In this document: positions 8,178 to 17,007 of the stretch, one piece after another
Layout of the letters: each line of letters starts with the position of its first letter
Numbering within the stretch: the first letter of the stretch is position 1
Source of the DNA: Candidatus Nanohaloarchaea archaeon
GTDB taxonomy: Archaea; Nanohalarchaeota; Nanosalinia; Nanosalinales; Nanosalinaceae
Length of the DNA stretch: 20,585 nt
Direction of reading: 5' to 3'
Assembly (NCBI GenBank): GCA_041640075.1
Contig: JBEQAY010000020.1
Span: 1 to 20,585, forward strand
Notes under the pieces: model-generated
What the model was told of the DNA's origin: nothing
Database searches by the model: none
What the model saw: only the letters and a program-made list of their open reading frames with translations
Program-made: the position numbers and the translations under genes

Positions 8178-8192
8178 GAAGTCCATCTACAG

Positions 8193-9209
8193 GTGATTAA
8201 AGTTAATAATCAAGTAAACTTTGTCGTTCCGGTAGCTCCTTTCGAGCCTCAGGAGATCATAAGAAAATCTGTAGAGGCATTGAAACATACTGAGACTCCG
8301 AGGAATTATGAAAAGGAGATTTTCTACGTTATAGATACTGATCAAGATCCTGCAGAAGACGAAAGAGTGCAGTACCTGCGCCGGGAAACTCCAGAAGAGG
8401 TAAAAACTATAGCAAGAACCTCGAACGAAGGTAGGAGAGCGGGAGCGATAAACAGGGCGCTTGACGAAATGGATGTCCCTGACTACGTTGCAATTTTCGA
8501 TATAGACTCCCGGCCTGGAGAAAAATTTATCGGAGCATGTATAGACCAGCTTGAAAGTGAAGAAAGAATTTTCATGTCGACATGTCCGCGCCGTGTGATA
8601 AATAAGGATCAGAACTTCGTTACTAAACTGGTTGAAGCAGAATACGATTTTCTGACAGATATGCAGCTTTTGCTGGAGAAAACAGAAGGTTTCAACCACT
8701 TCAACGGACTTATATCTGTCATTGAAGGTGGTTATCTAGAGAAGGAGAGATTGAATGAATCAAGGATGTGTGAGGACACTGATTTTACTCAAAGAGCATA
8801 CTTGAACGGTAGAAGACCTGCTATAAATAGTGAATCTTATCTGGGAGAGCAGGCCGTCACTACTTTTCAGGATCTGTACAGTCAGAAGGTTCGCTGGATG
8901 AACGGAGCTCTTGAAGGAATAATGAATTTTTCAGGCTCTTTCCTGAGAAGTGATCTTCCTTTCAAGATAAGATTAAGTTGGCTGTCGGCGATGGTTTTAC
9001 CTTTCTTTTCAGCAGTTTTAAGTCCTTTAGTGGTTTTGCACGTTGCTAAAAATATTTTAACCACCGGCAAGGTTTTTGATTCTCTTGAGAAAGGTTTTGC
9101 GCTTTTCTGCTTTGCTTGGTTTATCTCTTACTGCGGTCTTGTCAATCTGTTCAAGCTTCTTTTTGATAGAGATGTAGAATGGACGGACTCCGACCGTGAA
9201 ATCATTTAG
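8193..9209 (+). CDS. GT2 glycosyltransferase with D-DxD-ED-QxxRW signature and C-terminal TM helices (start may be GTG 8193 or GTT 8202)
   Basis: VVPV..EP, GRRAGAIN, FDIDS, FNG, CEDTDF, QKVRWMNG, followed by 2-3 hydrophobic helices. Confidence 0.9.
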   Translation: MIKVNNQVNFVVPVAPFEPQEIIRKSVEALKHTETPRNYEKEIFYVIDTDQDPAEDERVQYLRRETPEEVKTIARTSNEGRRAGAINRALDEMDVPDYVAIFDIDSRPGEKFIGACIDQLESEERIFMSTCPRRVINKDQNFVTKLVEAEYDFLTDMQLLLEKTEGFNHFNGLISVIEGGYLEKERLNESRMCEDTDFTQRAYLNGRRPAINSESYLGEQAVTTFQDLYSQKVRWMNGALEGIMNFSGSFLRSDLPFKIRLSWLSAMVLPFFSAVLSPLVVLHVAKNILTTGKVFDSLEKGFALFCFAWFISYCGLVNLFKLLFDRDVEWTDSDREII

Positions 9210-9210
9210 T

Positions 9211-11544
9211 TCAGTCCAGTTCCAACTTCAGACTTCCCTGATACATCCCGCCGTCAGTCCAGTTGGCTTTCCTGGAGAGGTCAAACCCTTCCGCAGAATC
9301 TTCTGAGTTATCAAGATATAGTTTGAAATCTTCGCCAGCAATACTCTGGTTGTCAGGAGTTTTAGAGGTCTCAAGAATGACTTTTTCGCAGATAAGGTCG
9401 TGTTTGTCTGTAGTTATTTCCAGATCAATCTTCACTTCGTTTTCGAAGGCCGATACTTTACCTGAAATCCTGTATATATCGGTTTCTACACTAAATGAGA
9501 CCTTATCATTCTCTACCTCTGTCGTAATATTTTTTTCTATTTCTGAAAAACAGGTTTCTGGCGCTGATAGTTCCTTAGGCTTGATACCTGTCCAGAGATA
9601 GCTTAAATCTTTAGGAGCCAAGAAAAACTTCGATTTCCTTAGTTTTGAGAAAGTTTTGCTCCGCAGACTGCTTTTAAGATTGTAAGGGCCTTTAAAACAT
9701 AGTTCATGGTCTATTTTTTCTCCTTTTATCTTGGAGAAACCTATCCTATCGATGTCGAAAACAGTATCTTCATCTACTGTTATCTCCGTGCCAGTTACAT
9801 CTATTTCTGGTTTCTTGCCTGAATCAAAGTCTTCAGCAGTTTCTTGATCTATGGTTATCTCCGAGTGTTTTTCTTCGAATTTTTTCAGTGTGTACAGGAG
9901 TTCTGCGGTCGCAAAAGTCTGTTCTGTCTCAAGATTATTCAAGCCGTCGTTAAAATCATAGAAAATTCCTTCAGACATTCCATGTGTACTGTTCCGGAAC
10001 TTTAGAGCTTTCTCCAAATGTTCAGAAGCTAAGTCTTCCCATATCTGATTTTCAAGATACTTGGAGACTTTCAAGAAGGTTTTTGCGGCTTTAACTGTTT
10101 CAAAAGGCGAGATTCTCTGTGTTATGGTTTCTGATATAGGGTGGCAGGTCCCACGCAAATCGAACTTTTCTCCGTTGTACCAGCTTGTCCACGTGCTGAG
10201 ATGGAGTGAGTACGTTTCTGCCTGTTCTAGGTGTTTTTCTTCTCCTAGTACCTCATAGGCTTCCAGAAATGCCTCTATAACAGCGAAGGCCGAAAATCCT
10301 TCAACTTCTTCGCTACCTATATCTCTTAACCCGTTCCTGCAGATTGGTTTTTCTGTTTCAAGAGCTTGCAAACCTTTTCTGGCGGCTTCAAGGTATTTTT
10401 CTTCATCAAAATAGTTTCCGGCCTTCAGAAGAGCTTTTACAGATTCTCCGGTCGCGCCCTCAGATTTTAATCCGTAGTAATCGTCTTCTTTGAGAGGTAG
10501 CTCCATCTCCTGTTTCAATGCTGCCGGCCAGTGACCGGATTCCTTCTGAGTTGAAAGAATGTACTCTAGGTTTTCTCTAACCAGTTTTTCTAGCTCATTA
10601 TCTTTGTTTCTCTTCAGATATTCTAGGAGGTTGTAGGAGATGGTTGACTGGCCTCCCGGGTACCCGTAGTATCCGGTACCTAGGTAAAACTCTCCTTCAA
10701 GGTTTTCTCCATTGAAGCTTGCAGTGTTGTACCAGGCCATACCTTCTCCATGTTTGAGATCTCTTTTCTGCAGATCCGGATTTTTGAACAGCTCTATCAA
10801 CCGGTTACTCCAATAGCTAAAATCTTTGCTTGGACTGGTTTCGGAAAGCTGATCAAAATAGTTAAGCCTGACTGCTTCATTCGAGGTTAGAGAATAGCTG
10901 TATTCGTTTAAAGCGAATCCTGGTCTTTCACGCCATGGAAGCTGTAGGAAAGTTCCTTGGTCATCGTCCCAGCTCCGGTAAAGCCATTTATGCGAGTCTC
11001 TAAACTCTTCAGAAAGATTCCTCTCACGAATTTCTGTACTGGTGTTATCTGTTTCCTCCTGGATTTTTCCCTGAACTGCACTCTTCCAGTTATCGAACTC
11101 CTTGAACTCGAGCTGATAATCCTCAATATCAGGATTGTCGTAAGTTTTCTTGTCGCCTTTTCCAAGCCATTCAGCTTTTTTCTCCTTCTTCTCAATTTTC
11201 TCCGGCAAGACAATCTCAATCCGTTTCTCTTCAGCGTCATATCCTATAAAGTGATAGGCCGGCCCGTTCTCAGTCTGTACGACCGGTTCAATCTCCGCTG
11301 CAAGACAGTAATCCTCGAACTGAAGGACGATCAATTGAATGTTGATCTCGGACAGGGGAATAAATTTTTTACCTTCTTGAGTGAACGGTAGAATCTTTTT
11401 CGTGTAGTATGTCGTATACGGATATTCTATTACGGATTCTGACTCTATAGAGATATCATCCTCTCCATACCTCAACCCACCGATAAACCAGTAATCCGGT
11501 TCTTCATCCAGTTTTTCAGAGTGCAGAACCTCTTTGTTTTCCAT
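9211..11544 (-). CDS. 777-aa uncharacterised protein with a probable (alpha/alpha)6 toroid core (six-hairpin glycosidase/epimerase-like)
   Basis: Helical hairpin repeats YILSTQKESGHW, ALLKAGNYFDEEKYLEAA and AFLEAYEVLGEEKHLEQA, flanked by beta-rich N- and C-terminal regions. No signal peptide. Confidence 0.75.
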   Translation of the reverse strand: MENKEVLHSEKLDEEPDYWFIGGLRYGEDDISIESESVIEYPYTTYYTKKILPFTQEGKKFIPLSEINIQLIVLQFEDYCLAAEIEPVVQTENGPAYHFIGYDAEEKRIEIVLPEKIEKKEKKAEWLGKGDKKTYDNPDIEDYQLEFKEFDNWKSAVQGKIQEETDNTSTEIRERNLSEEFRDSHKWLYRSWDDDQGTFLQLPWRERPGFALNEYSYSLTSNEAVRLNYFDQLSETSPSKDFSYWSNRLIELFKNPDLQKRDLKHGEGMAWYNTASFNGENLEGEFYLGTGYYGYPGGQSTISYNLLEYLKRNKDNELEKLVRENLEYILSTQKESGHWPAALKQEMELPLKEDDYYGLKSEGATGESVKALLKAGNYFDEEKYLEAARKGLQALETEKPICRNGLRDIGSEEVEGFSAFAVIEAFLEAYEVLGEEKHLEQAETYSLHLSTWTSWYNGEKFDLRGTCHPISETITQRISPFETVKAAKTFLKVSKYLENQIWEDLASEHLEKALKFRNSTHGMSEGIFYDFNDGLNNLETEQTFATAELLYTLKKFEEKHSEITIDQETAEDFDSGKKPEIDVTGTEITVDEDTVFDIDRIGFSKIKGEKIDHELCFKGPYNLKSSLRSKTFSKLRKSKFFLAPKDLSYLWTGIKPKELSAPETCFSEIEKNITTEVENDKVSFSVETDIYRISGKVSAFENEVKIDLEITTDKHDLICEKVILETSKTPDNQSIAGEDFKLYLDNSEDSAEGFDLSRKANWTDGGMYQGSLKLELD

Positions 11545-11578
11545 TTCTAACTTTAACTCCGTTCAAGCCGTTTTCTTT

Positions 11579-12583
11579 TCAGTCGTCAAGAAGACTGCGG
11601 TATGATTGTTTGAGTTTTTCCCCTATTTTATCCAGAGACCTTTCCTCCGCCATTTCTCTGGCGTTTTCACCTAGCTCTCTGCGTAGCTCTTCGTCGTCTC
11701 TCAGTGTCTTCAAGTGTTCGATAAGTCCTTCAGGACTATCTGCCTTTAGACAGTTTTCCTCATGGATCAGCCATCCCTCGTATGCCGGAATATCACGTAC
11801 TACAAGCGGCAGTCCACAGTAAGCAGCTTCAAGAATGGCAATACCTTCCTCCTCACTTCTGGAAGGGAAGAAGAAAATATCTCCAGACGCAAGACCTTCA
11901 CGCTTGTCGTCTACATATCCTGGAAACTTGATGTTATCCGGAGAGTTCTTTATCTTCTTTTTGGTCTCTCTTGGGGTAAGTACCTTACTTTTAGGACCGA
12001 ACCAAGTGAACTTCATGTCTTTAAGCTCGTCCGCAGCCTGCAGATAATCAGAAACACCCTTCCGCTCGAAAACTGCTGCCAGATTTACAGCTGTGACCTC
12101 TTCGTTGAAGTAAGTGTTGTCTTCGTTCTGAAACTGCTCGTAGCCATCCAGGTTTTCGCCGTCCACGCCGTTGCTCAGTACTTTTATCTCTGTATCAATA
12201 TTTTTAGATTCTACTACGTTTTTAGTGTACTCTGATACGGCTATAAGTAGATCAGCTCTTCTGTAGGCAAACTTTGTATACTTGTCAACTAAAGGTGCTG
12301 CAAGGTTGGAGCCTCTGAAACTATCTCTGAAGTTCTCTGCGGTCCAGTGAACATGGATAACCACTTTCTTGCCATTCCGCTTTGCCTTTAGAAGATGGTA
12401 TATTGAGGGTAGTCCCAGAAGATTCAGGTGCAGGATATCGTAGTCATCGGAGGGATCGGTGGTGTAGTCTATATCATTTTTCTCAAATGCCTTTCTCTGA
12501 TGGCTTATAGAAGTCTCAGCCCCCCCTCCAATTATAGGGTGGATGTCTGAAAGATCTAGATCCGTATAATGGCAAACCTTCAT
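11579..12583 (-). CDS. GT4 glycosyltransferase, LafB/CpoA/BgsA-like (glycolipid glycosyltransferase type)
   Basis: HQRKA..., DDYDILHLN, KKVVIHVHWTAENFRDSFRGSN..APLV, SNGVD, RKGV, FFFPSRSEEEGIAILEA. Own TATA (TTTAAATAAA, 12616-12607). Confidence 0.88.
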   Translation of the reverse strand: MKVCHYTDLDLSDIHPIIGGGAETSISHQRKAFEKNDIDYTTDPSDDYDILHLNLLGLPSIYHLLKAKRNGKKVVIHVHWTAENFRDSFRGSNLAAPLVDKYTKFAYRRADLLIAVSEYTKNVVESKNIDTEIKVLSNGVDGENLDGYEQFQNEDNTYFNEEVTAVNLAAVFERKGVSDYLQAADELKDMKFTWFGPKSKVLTPRETKKKIKNSPDNIKFPGYVDDKREGLASGDIFFFPSRSEEEGIAILEAAYCGLPLVVRDIPAYEGWLIHEENCLKADSPEGLIEHLKTLRDDEELRRELGENAREMAEERSLDKIGEKLKQSYRSLLDD

Positions 12584-12651
12584 TATAGCTACAGTTAACT
12601 ATACAATTTATTTAAATCCAGCAGAGAACCTGTAGAAAACTATTGCAAACT

Positions 12652-13998
12652 TCACATATAACCTAGATCCTCAAGCCTTTTCTTCACTTCCTCATCCTGT
12701 ATATCATCGTCTTCCTCGTCTTCGGCGCCTGAATCGCTGTCGATGGAATTAACAGAGTCTCTCCAGCCTTTATCAATCTCTATATCTTCTCCAGCCTCCA
12801 GATCTGTCATCTCGTAACTTTCATCTCCGTCGCGGGTTATAGACTTCACTATCTTCTTTGTTTTATCCTTGACAAACCTGAATTTTCTGTCGTATTTCTC
12901 TCTTCTGTCTTCTGGGATAACACCAACAAAAAATTCTGGGAACTCGTAGCTACCCTTCACTTTTTCCGTACTGTTTTCCGGCATCTCACTTATACCAGCT
13001 AATCCAGGCACAAGATCGTAAAGCTGCCTCAGCTCGAACAATGTTTCTTTCTCTTCTACTTCTGTCTCTGGACCTTTAATCAGCAAGGGGGTCTCGATAA
13101 CTCTGTCCATGACCGTGAACTGGTGTCCATAAACTTCATCTTTTCCTACAGCCTGTCCATGATCAGAGAGGACGATTAAAACCGTGTTCTCATCAAGATT
13201 ATTTTCGATTATACTTTCATTGATTTCTCCTACAAGATCATCTGTATACTCTACGGCTGCATCATAGGCTTTTTCAAGATCCTCTTGGTTGTAGTCTTCG
13301 TTGAAGAACTCTCTTTCAGTGCTTGGGACTTTTGATATGTCTTCAACTCCATGTCTGTCCAGATATTCCTGTGGAGGGTCTCCAGGATCGTAAGGTTCAT
13401 GAGCGCTCATCAGGTTGACGAAAAGGAAGAAGTCCTCATCTCCAACATTTTTAAGGAATTTTTTGGTCTCATCGACTGTTTCACGGGACTTACATAGATC
13501 GACTGTAGTAAATTTTTCGAATACGATATTTGCGATGTACGCTACTTTTTTCCTCGTCCTTTCGCCCAAGAAGTTGAAGATGTCTGTGGATTTCTGGAAA
13601 AGCGTCTGTACAGGACCTCTTCCAGCAAGCCCAAGGAAGTTTTCCACCTCGTCAAAACCATCTACAGTCCCTATAGAAGGTGAAATCCAGGTGTTTGGGG
13701 TGATGACTTTTGTTCTGTAGTCCTCTTCCTGGAAACGCTCTGCAAGGGTCGTCACATCTGTATCCAGCCGCGTCCTATCATGGTTGGCTCCGTGCTCCCA
13801 AGGGTACTGTCCTGTGAACACCGAAGCTGTCGAAGGTAGAGTCCACGGAGCCTGTGCGTTCGCCTCTGTGAAAACCTTTGACTCTTCAGCTAGTTCATCG
13901 AAATTAGGTGTAAAATCCACATCGTCGTTGTAAACAGAAAGCCTGTCTTTTCTTAGAGAATCCAGTACAAGAACAACGACGTTTTTTTCCTCTCTCAT
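12652..13998 (-). CDS. Sulfatase-like hydrolase/transferase (alkaline phosphatase superfamily) with a Thr nucleophile
   Basis: VVVLVLDSLR.D, APWTLPSTASVFTG.YP..HG, AHEPY, SDHG, GH, and the C-terminal 'V..RLEDLGY' tail. Confidence 0.88.
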   Translation of the reverse strand: MREEKNVVVLVLDSLRKDRLSVYNDDVDFTPNFDELAEESKVFTEANAQAPWTLPSTASVFTGQYPWEHGANHDRTRLDTDVTTLAERFQEEDYRTKVITPNTWISPSIGTVDGFDEVENFLGLAGRGPVQTLFQKSTDIFNFLGERTRKKVAYIANIVFEKFTTVDLCKSRETVDETKKFLKNVGDEDFFLFVNLMSAHEPYDPGDPPQEYLDRHGVEDISKVPSTEREFFNEDYNQEDLEKAYDAAVEYTDDLVGEINESIIENNLDENTVLIVLSDHGQAVGKDEVYGHQFTVMDRVIETPLLIKGPETEVEEKETLFELRQLYDLVPGLAGISEMPENSTEKVKGSYEFPEFFVGVIPEDRREKYDRKFRFVKDKTKKIVKSITRDGDESYEMTDLEAGEDIEIDKGWRDSVNSIDSDSGAEDEEDDDIQDEEVKKRLEDLGYM

Positions 13999-14081
13999 AT
14001 TTTTTCTACGTAAATTTCAGATACAACTGAATGCTTAAAAGCCTACAGAAATTTTCTCCCAAGTTCCCTAGGGTTATGTAA

Positions 14082-14129
14082 TTTAAACCTGTCTAACAAG
14101 ATTCTTCGTAAAGAACTTCTTAAGGTGAT
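14082..14129 (+). promoter_or_regulatory. TATA box (TTTAAA 14082-14087) and SD (AAGGTGAT 14122-14129) of the DUF2070 gene
   Basis: TATA spacing predicts a transcription start near 14110. The SD is followed by a 5-nt spacer (ACTAC) and an in-frame ATC at 14135. Confidence 0.6.
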
Positions 14130-14134
14130 ACTAC

Positions 14135-15784
14135 ATCCCGACCGATAATCTGGAGGTTTTCAAAAAGGTAATCTTTCATCTACCTCCATTAAAGAAGACT
14201 CTGGCGCTTTTCGCAGGGCTTGGAATTATTTACTCGGCCATACTTTTTGGACTAGTGGATATATTGCTTATAGACACTGTAAATATTCTATCGGTTCCGC
14301 TTTTCGCCCTGATGCTTTTCCTGGTGCCTGGAATTATCGCTTCAGAACTTTACCACTTTTTTCTTCCAGGTTATCCACGTAAATGGGGCTACTTCCTTTC
14401 CTTGGTCAACCAGTTGATAATCTTCATGTTTGCCGCTTTACTGACATTTTCAGAGAGCTTTGCAACCGCCTGGCGGGTAATCTGGCTTGGATTAGTCACT
14501 CTCTACATCAATAACTTCTTTATCCTGCTACTTTCTGTCGGACCTGACCACCTGAGAAATATCTCACTTCTCTCACTGGTTCAACCGGTTATGATACTTT
14601 CAGGTTTCCATCTCGTTCTTGGCCAGTTCCTCCAGATCTCGCTTTTCGCCTACCTGACAAACTTTCTGGTTATCATCGGAGCCGGCCTGGTACTCCTCCT
14701 GGCAGTTTATATAACAGAGTTCCTGGTCGGTTCAAACGTCTCCAACATCTCGATACTGGACCTGGCAGCTGCCCTACTCCAGAACAAGCAGGAGAAACTT
14801 GATCTTGGAAGACCTGTAAATCCGAATGTACAGACACTTGAGATCGAGAACAAATCTGGGTTGAAAAAATTAGCCGTTCCATGGCTCCATCCAGGACCTA
14901 TAGAAGGTTTCGGAGGGGGACAGATCACATCACAGATCATCGAAAGCCTGAACGAAGGAAGAGACGAAGGATTTTTCCTTCACGTACCTTCAAACCACGA
15001 GATGGATCCATCTGACCCAAGAGACAGTGAAAAAGTAGTAAATGCATTAAAAGAAACTGAAAGATCTGAAAAGGCATCAAAGCTCTACAGGAAAGAGTTC
15101 GAAGATTCTATCATGTATGGCAGGGTTTCCGGCGACAAGAAGATAGTATACCTTGAACACAAAAATTACGACGACTACGATGCCAGTATCTATCAGGAAG
15201 TTATAGACAAAGATAATACCACGATCATCGACCTGCACAATCAGTCCAAAGGATCGAGGCTTGGCGAGTTGCGTTACGGAACTAGGGACTCACGGAGAAC
15301 TAGAAAGAATATGAGAGAGTTTCTTAAAGATCTGGAAGAACTGGAACAGCAGGATTACTTCGCAGGTTTCTCCAAGGGAGAAGGCTCAAAGCCTAATGCA
15401 GCATTAGTAGAGAAAGTAGGAGATCAGAAAACACTTCTGTTTGGAATAGAGGGCAATGACTCGTCTGAGGAACTACGTGAGCTCAGAGAAGAATTTGAAG
15501 ATTCATTCGACTCGGTTTTACTTTTCACGACCGATACTCACGCCAGTATCCATGACCTGGCTAGTGATAAACAGATCAGTAAGGAAGAACTCCGTGCTAC
15601 TGTGGAAGAAGCTCTTCAGGATGTTTCACCTGCCGAGATAGGTCTTGGGAACCAGGAATCGGAGGAGATGAAGTTCCTGAAGGATGACTACTACGGTCTT
15701 ATCTACACTATCAACATCCTTGTACGGTTGATCCCGATCTCTCTGATCTTCATGTATATCGCGCTCGCTATCTGGCTTTTCTGA
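14135..15784 (+). CDS. DUF2070 family membrane protein (predicted lipid hydrolase, neutral-ceramidase-like fold), 549 aa with a proposed ATC start
   Basis: N-terminal multi-TM region, soluble domain with LHPGP..G.GGG, H.PS.H..DP, DLHN and TTDTH, and a C-terminal TM. The frame is open for 40 codons upstream of the tracked GTG: (I)PTDNLEVFKKVIFHLPPLKKTLALFAGLGIIYSAILFGL. Confidence 0.8.
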   Translation: MPTDNLEVFKKVIFHLPPLKKTLALFAGLGIIYSAILFGLVDILLIDTVNILSVPLFALMLFLVPGIIASELYHFFLPGYPRKWGYFLSLVNQLIIFMFAALLTFSESFATAWRVIWLGLVTLYINNFFILLLSVGPDHLRNISLLSLVQPVMILSGFHLVLGQFLQISLFAYLTNFLVIIGAGLVLLLAVYITEFLVGSNVSNISILDLAAALLQNKQEKLDLGRPVNPNVQTLEIENKSGLKKLAVPWLHPGPIEGFGGGQITSQIIESLNEGRDEGFFLHVPSNHEMDPSDPRDSEKVVNALKETERSEKASKLYRKEFEDSIMYGRVSGDKKIVYLEHKNYDDYDASIYQEVIDKDNTTIIDLHNQSKGSRLGELRYGTRDSRRTRKNMREFLKDLEELEQQDYFAGFSKGEGSKPNAALVEKVGDQKTLLFGIEGNDSSEELRELREEFEDSFDSVLLFTTDTHASIHDLASDKQISKEELRATVEEALQDVSPAEIGLGNQESEEMKFLKDDYYGLIYTINILVRLIPISLIFMYIALAIWLF

Positions 15785-15838
15785 GAGCAGAAGTCTCTGG
15801 CGGTAGAGGATTTAACATTTCACCTCCAAATCTTGTTC

Positions 15839-16174
15839 ATGGTTTCAGAGGACTTGACCGCCGAAGATGTGAGGGAACAGCTCAAGAACGTTATGGATCC
15901 TGAACTAGATGTAAATATAGTAGACTTAGGCCTAATAAGAGAGATAACGGTAGAAGAAGATGAAGTCCACGTACTGATGACTTTGACCACTCCGGGATGT
16001 CCTCTGCACGGTGTGTTCGACGAACTGGTCAAAAGAGAGGCTGGAAACCTTGAAGGTCTCGAAGAACACGAAGTAGAAGTAGAGCTGACTTTTGAACCTA
16101 GATGGAGTCCTGAAGAGATGTCTGATGAAGCAAGGAACGAACTGGGACATCTTCCCGGGATGGCGGGTTTCTAG
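15839..16174 (+). CDS. Metal-sulfur cluster assembly factor (DUF59/SufT/PaaD-like)
   Basis: LKNVMDPELDVNIVDLGLI, MTLTTPGCP, LTFEPRWSPE.MS. ATG 15839 preferred (ATTTAAC about 25 nt upstream). Confidence 0.92.
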   Translation: MVSEDLTAEDVREQLKNVMDPELDVNIVDLGLIREITVEEDEVHVLMTLTTPGCPLHGVFDELVKREAGNLEGLEEHEVEVELTFEPRWSPEEMSDEARNELGHLPGMAGF

Positions 16175-16175
16175 G

Positions 16176-16925
16176 TTACCTACTTCTCTTGAAAAGTTTT
16201 CTCTCAATTATAACCGGAAGGAAAAGAGTTTCACGTAGAACCCAGCCTGTTTTTCGTGCCATAGCTTTCGTGTAGTCCCATGTACTGAGGTGCAGAGGTT
16301 TTCTGCGTCCGTAGACATGATTTGACCCGTTTTTGATGGCTTTCAGTATCTCATCTGAGGAGAGGTCGTCTTCTTCACTGAAAAATGTGTTGATCTCTGT
16401 GTATGCCTTTCCGACCATTGTAATTGAGTGTGCATCGCTGGCAGCGGTTTCAGGATAATCATTTTTCCTGGCAAATCTCTTGGCTTTCTTGTTTTTCCAG
16501 CCTGTGAAAAGCCAGGAATTATAGACTTCTACAGCATCTATATCATCTATCTTGGATTTCCTGACGCCATGACGTGTTGTCTGGAAGGGATGAGGCACCA
16601 CAGCTACGCCTCCCATATCTCTGACTTCCTCTACAGTATCCATGAAGTCCTGCCCTTTCTCAGGGAGTTCTTCTACACCAAGTGCAAGAAGATGACCGTT
16701 ATCAGTTGATACTTCAGCTCCTGGTATAACCGTGATGTCGTAGTCTTCTGCTTCTTCCCGGGCTTCCAGAGATTTTTCGATAGAGTTGTGGTCTGTGATC
16801 GCTACTGCATCAAGATCTATGTCATCGGCATGTTCAAGTATAAGCTCAACAGGTTCGTTACAGTCGTAAGAGCCTTCGGAGTGGACGTGAAGGTCTACCT
16901 TGATGCTGGAATCTTCATCGCTCAT
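16176..16925 (-). CDS. PHP-domain metal-dependent phosphoesterase
   Basis: DLHVHS, AITDHN, GAEVST..GHLLA, PHPF, VEVYN, ASDAH. Confidence 0.9.
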   Translation of the reverse strand: MSDEDSSIKVDLHVHSEGSYDCNEPVELILEHADDIDLDAVAITDHNSIEKSLEAREEAEDYDITVIPGAEVSTDNGHLLALGVEELPEKGQDFMDTVEEVRDMGGVAVVPHPFQTTRHGVRKSKIDDIDAVEVYNSWLFTGWKNKKAKRFARKNDYPETAASDAHSITMVGKAYTEINTFFSEEDDLSSDEILKAIKNGSNHVYGRRKPLHLSTWDYTKAMARKTGWVLRETLFLPVIIERKLFKRSR

Positions 16926-17007
16926 TAATTTCGTTTAACATCTGTAAACCTATAAACACGCGGTAACCTCCAGCAGATTTTTCACTGTACACAACCATAA
17001 AATACAT

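Noticed and set aside
8193..9209. Cellulose or hyaluronan synthase
   Set aside because: It has QxxRW but only about 338 aa, no N-terminal TM helices and too few TMs to form a translocation channel.
9211..11544. Squalene-hopene cyclase or prenyltransferase
   Set aside because: Only one QW-like motif and no DxDD catalytic motif.
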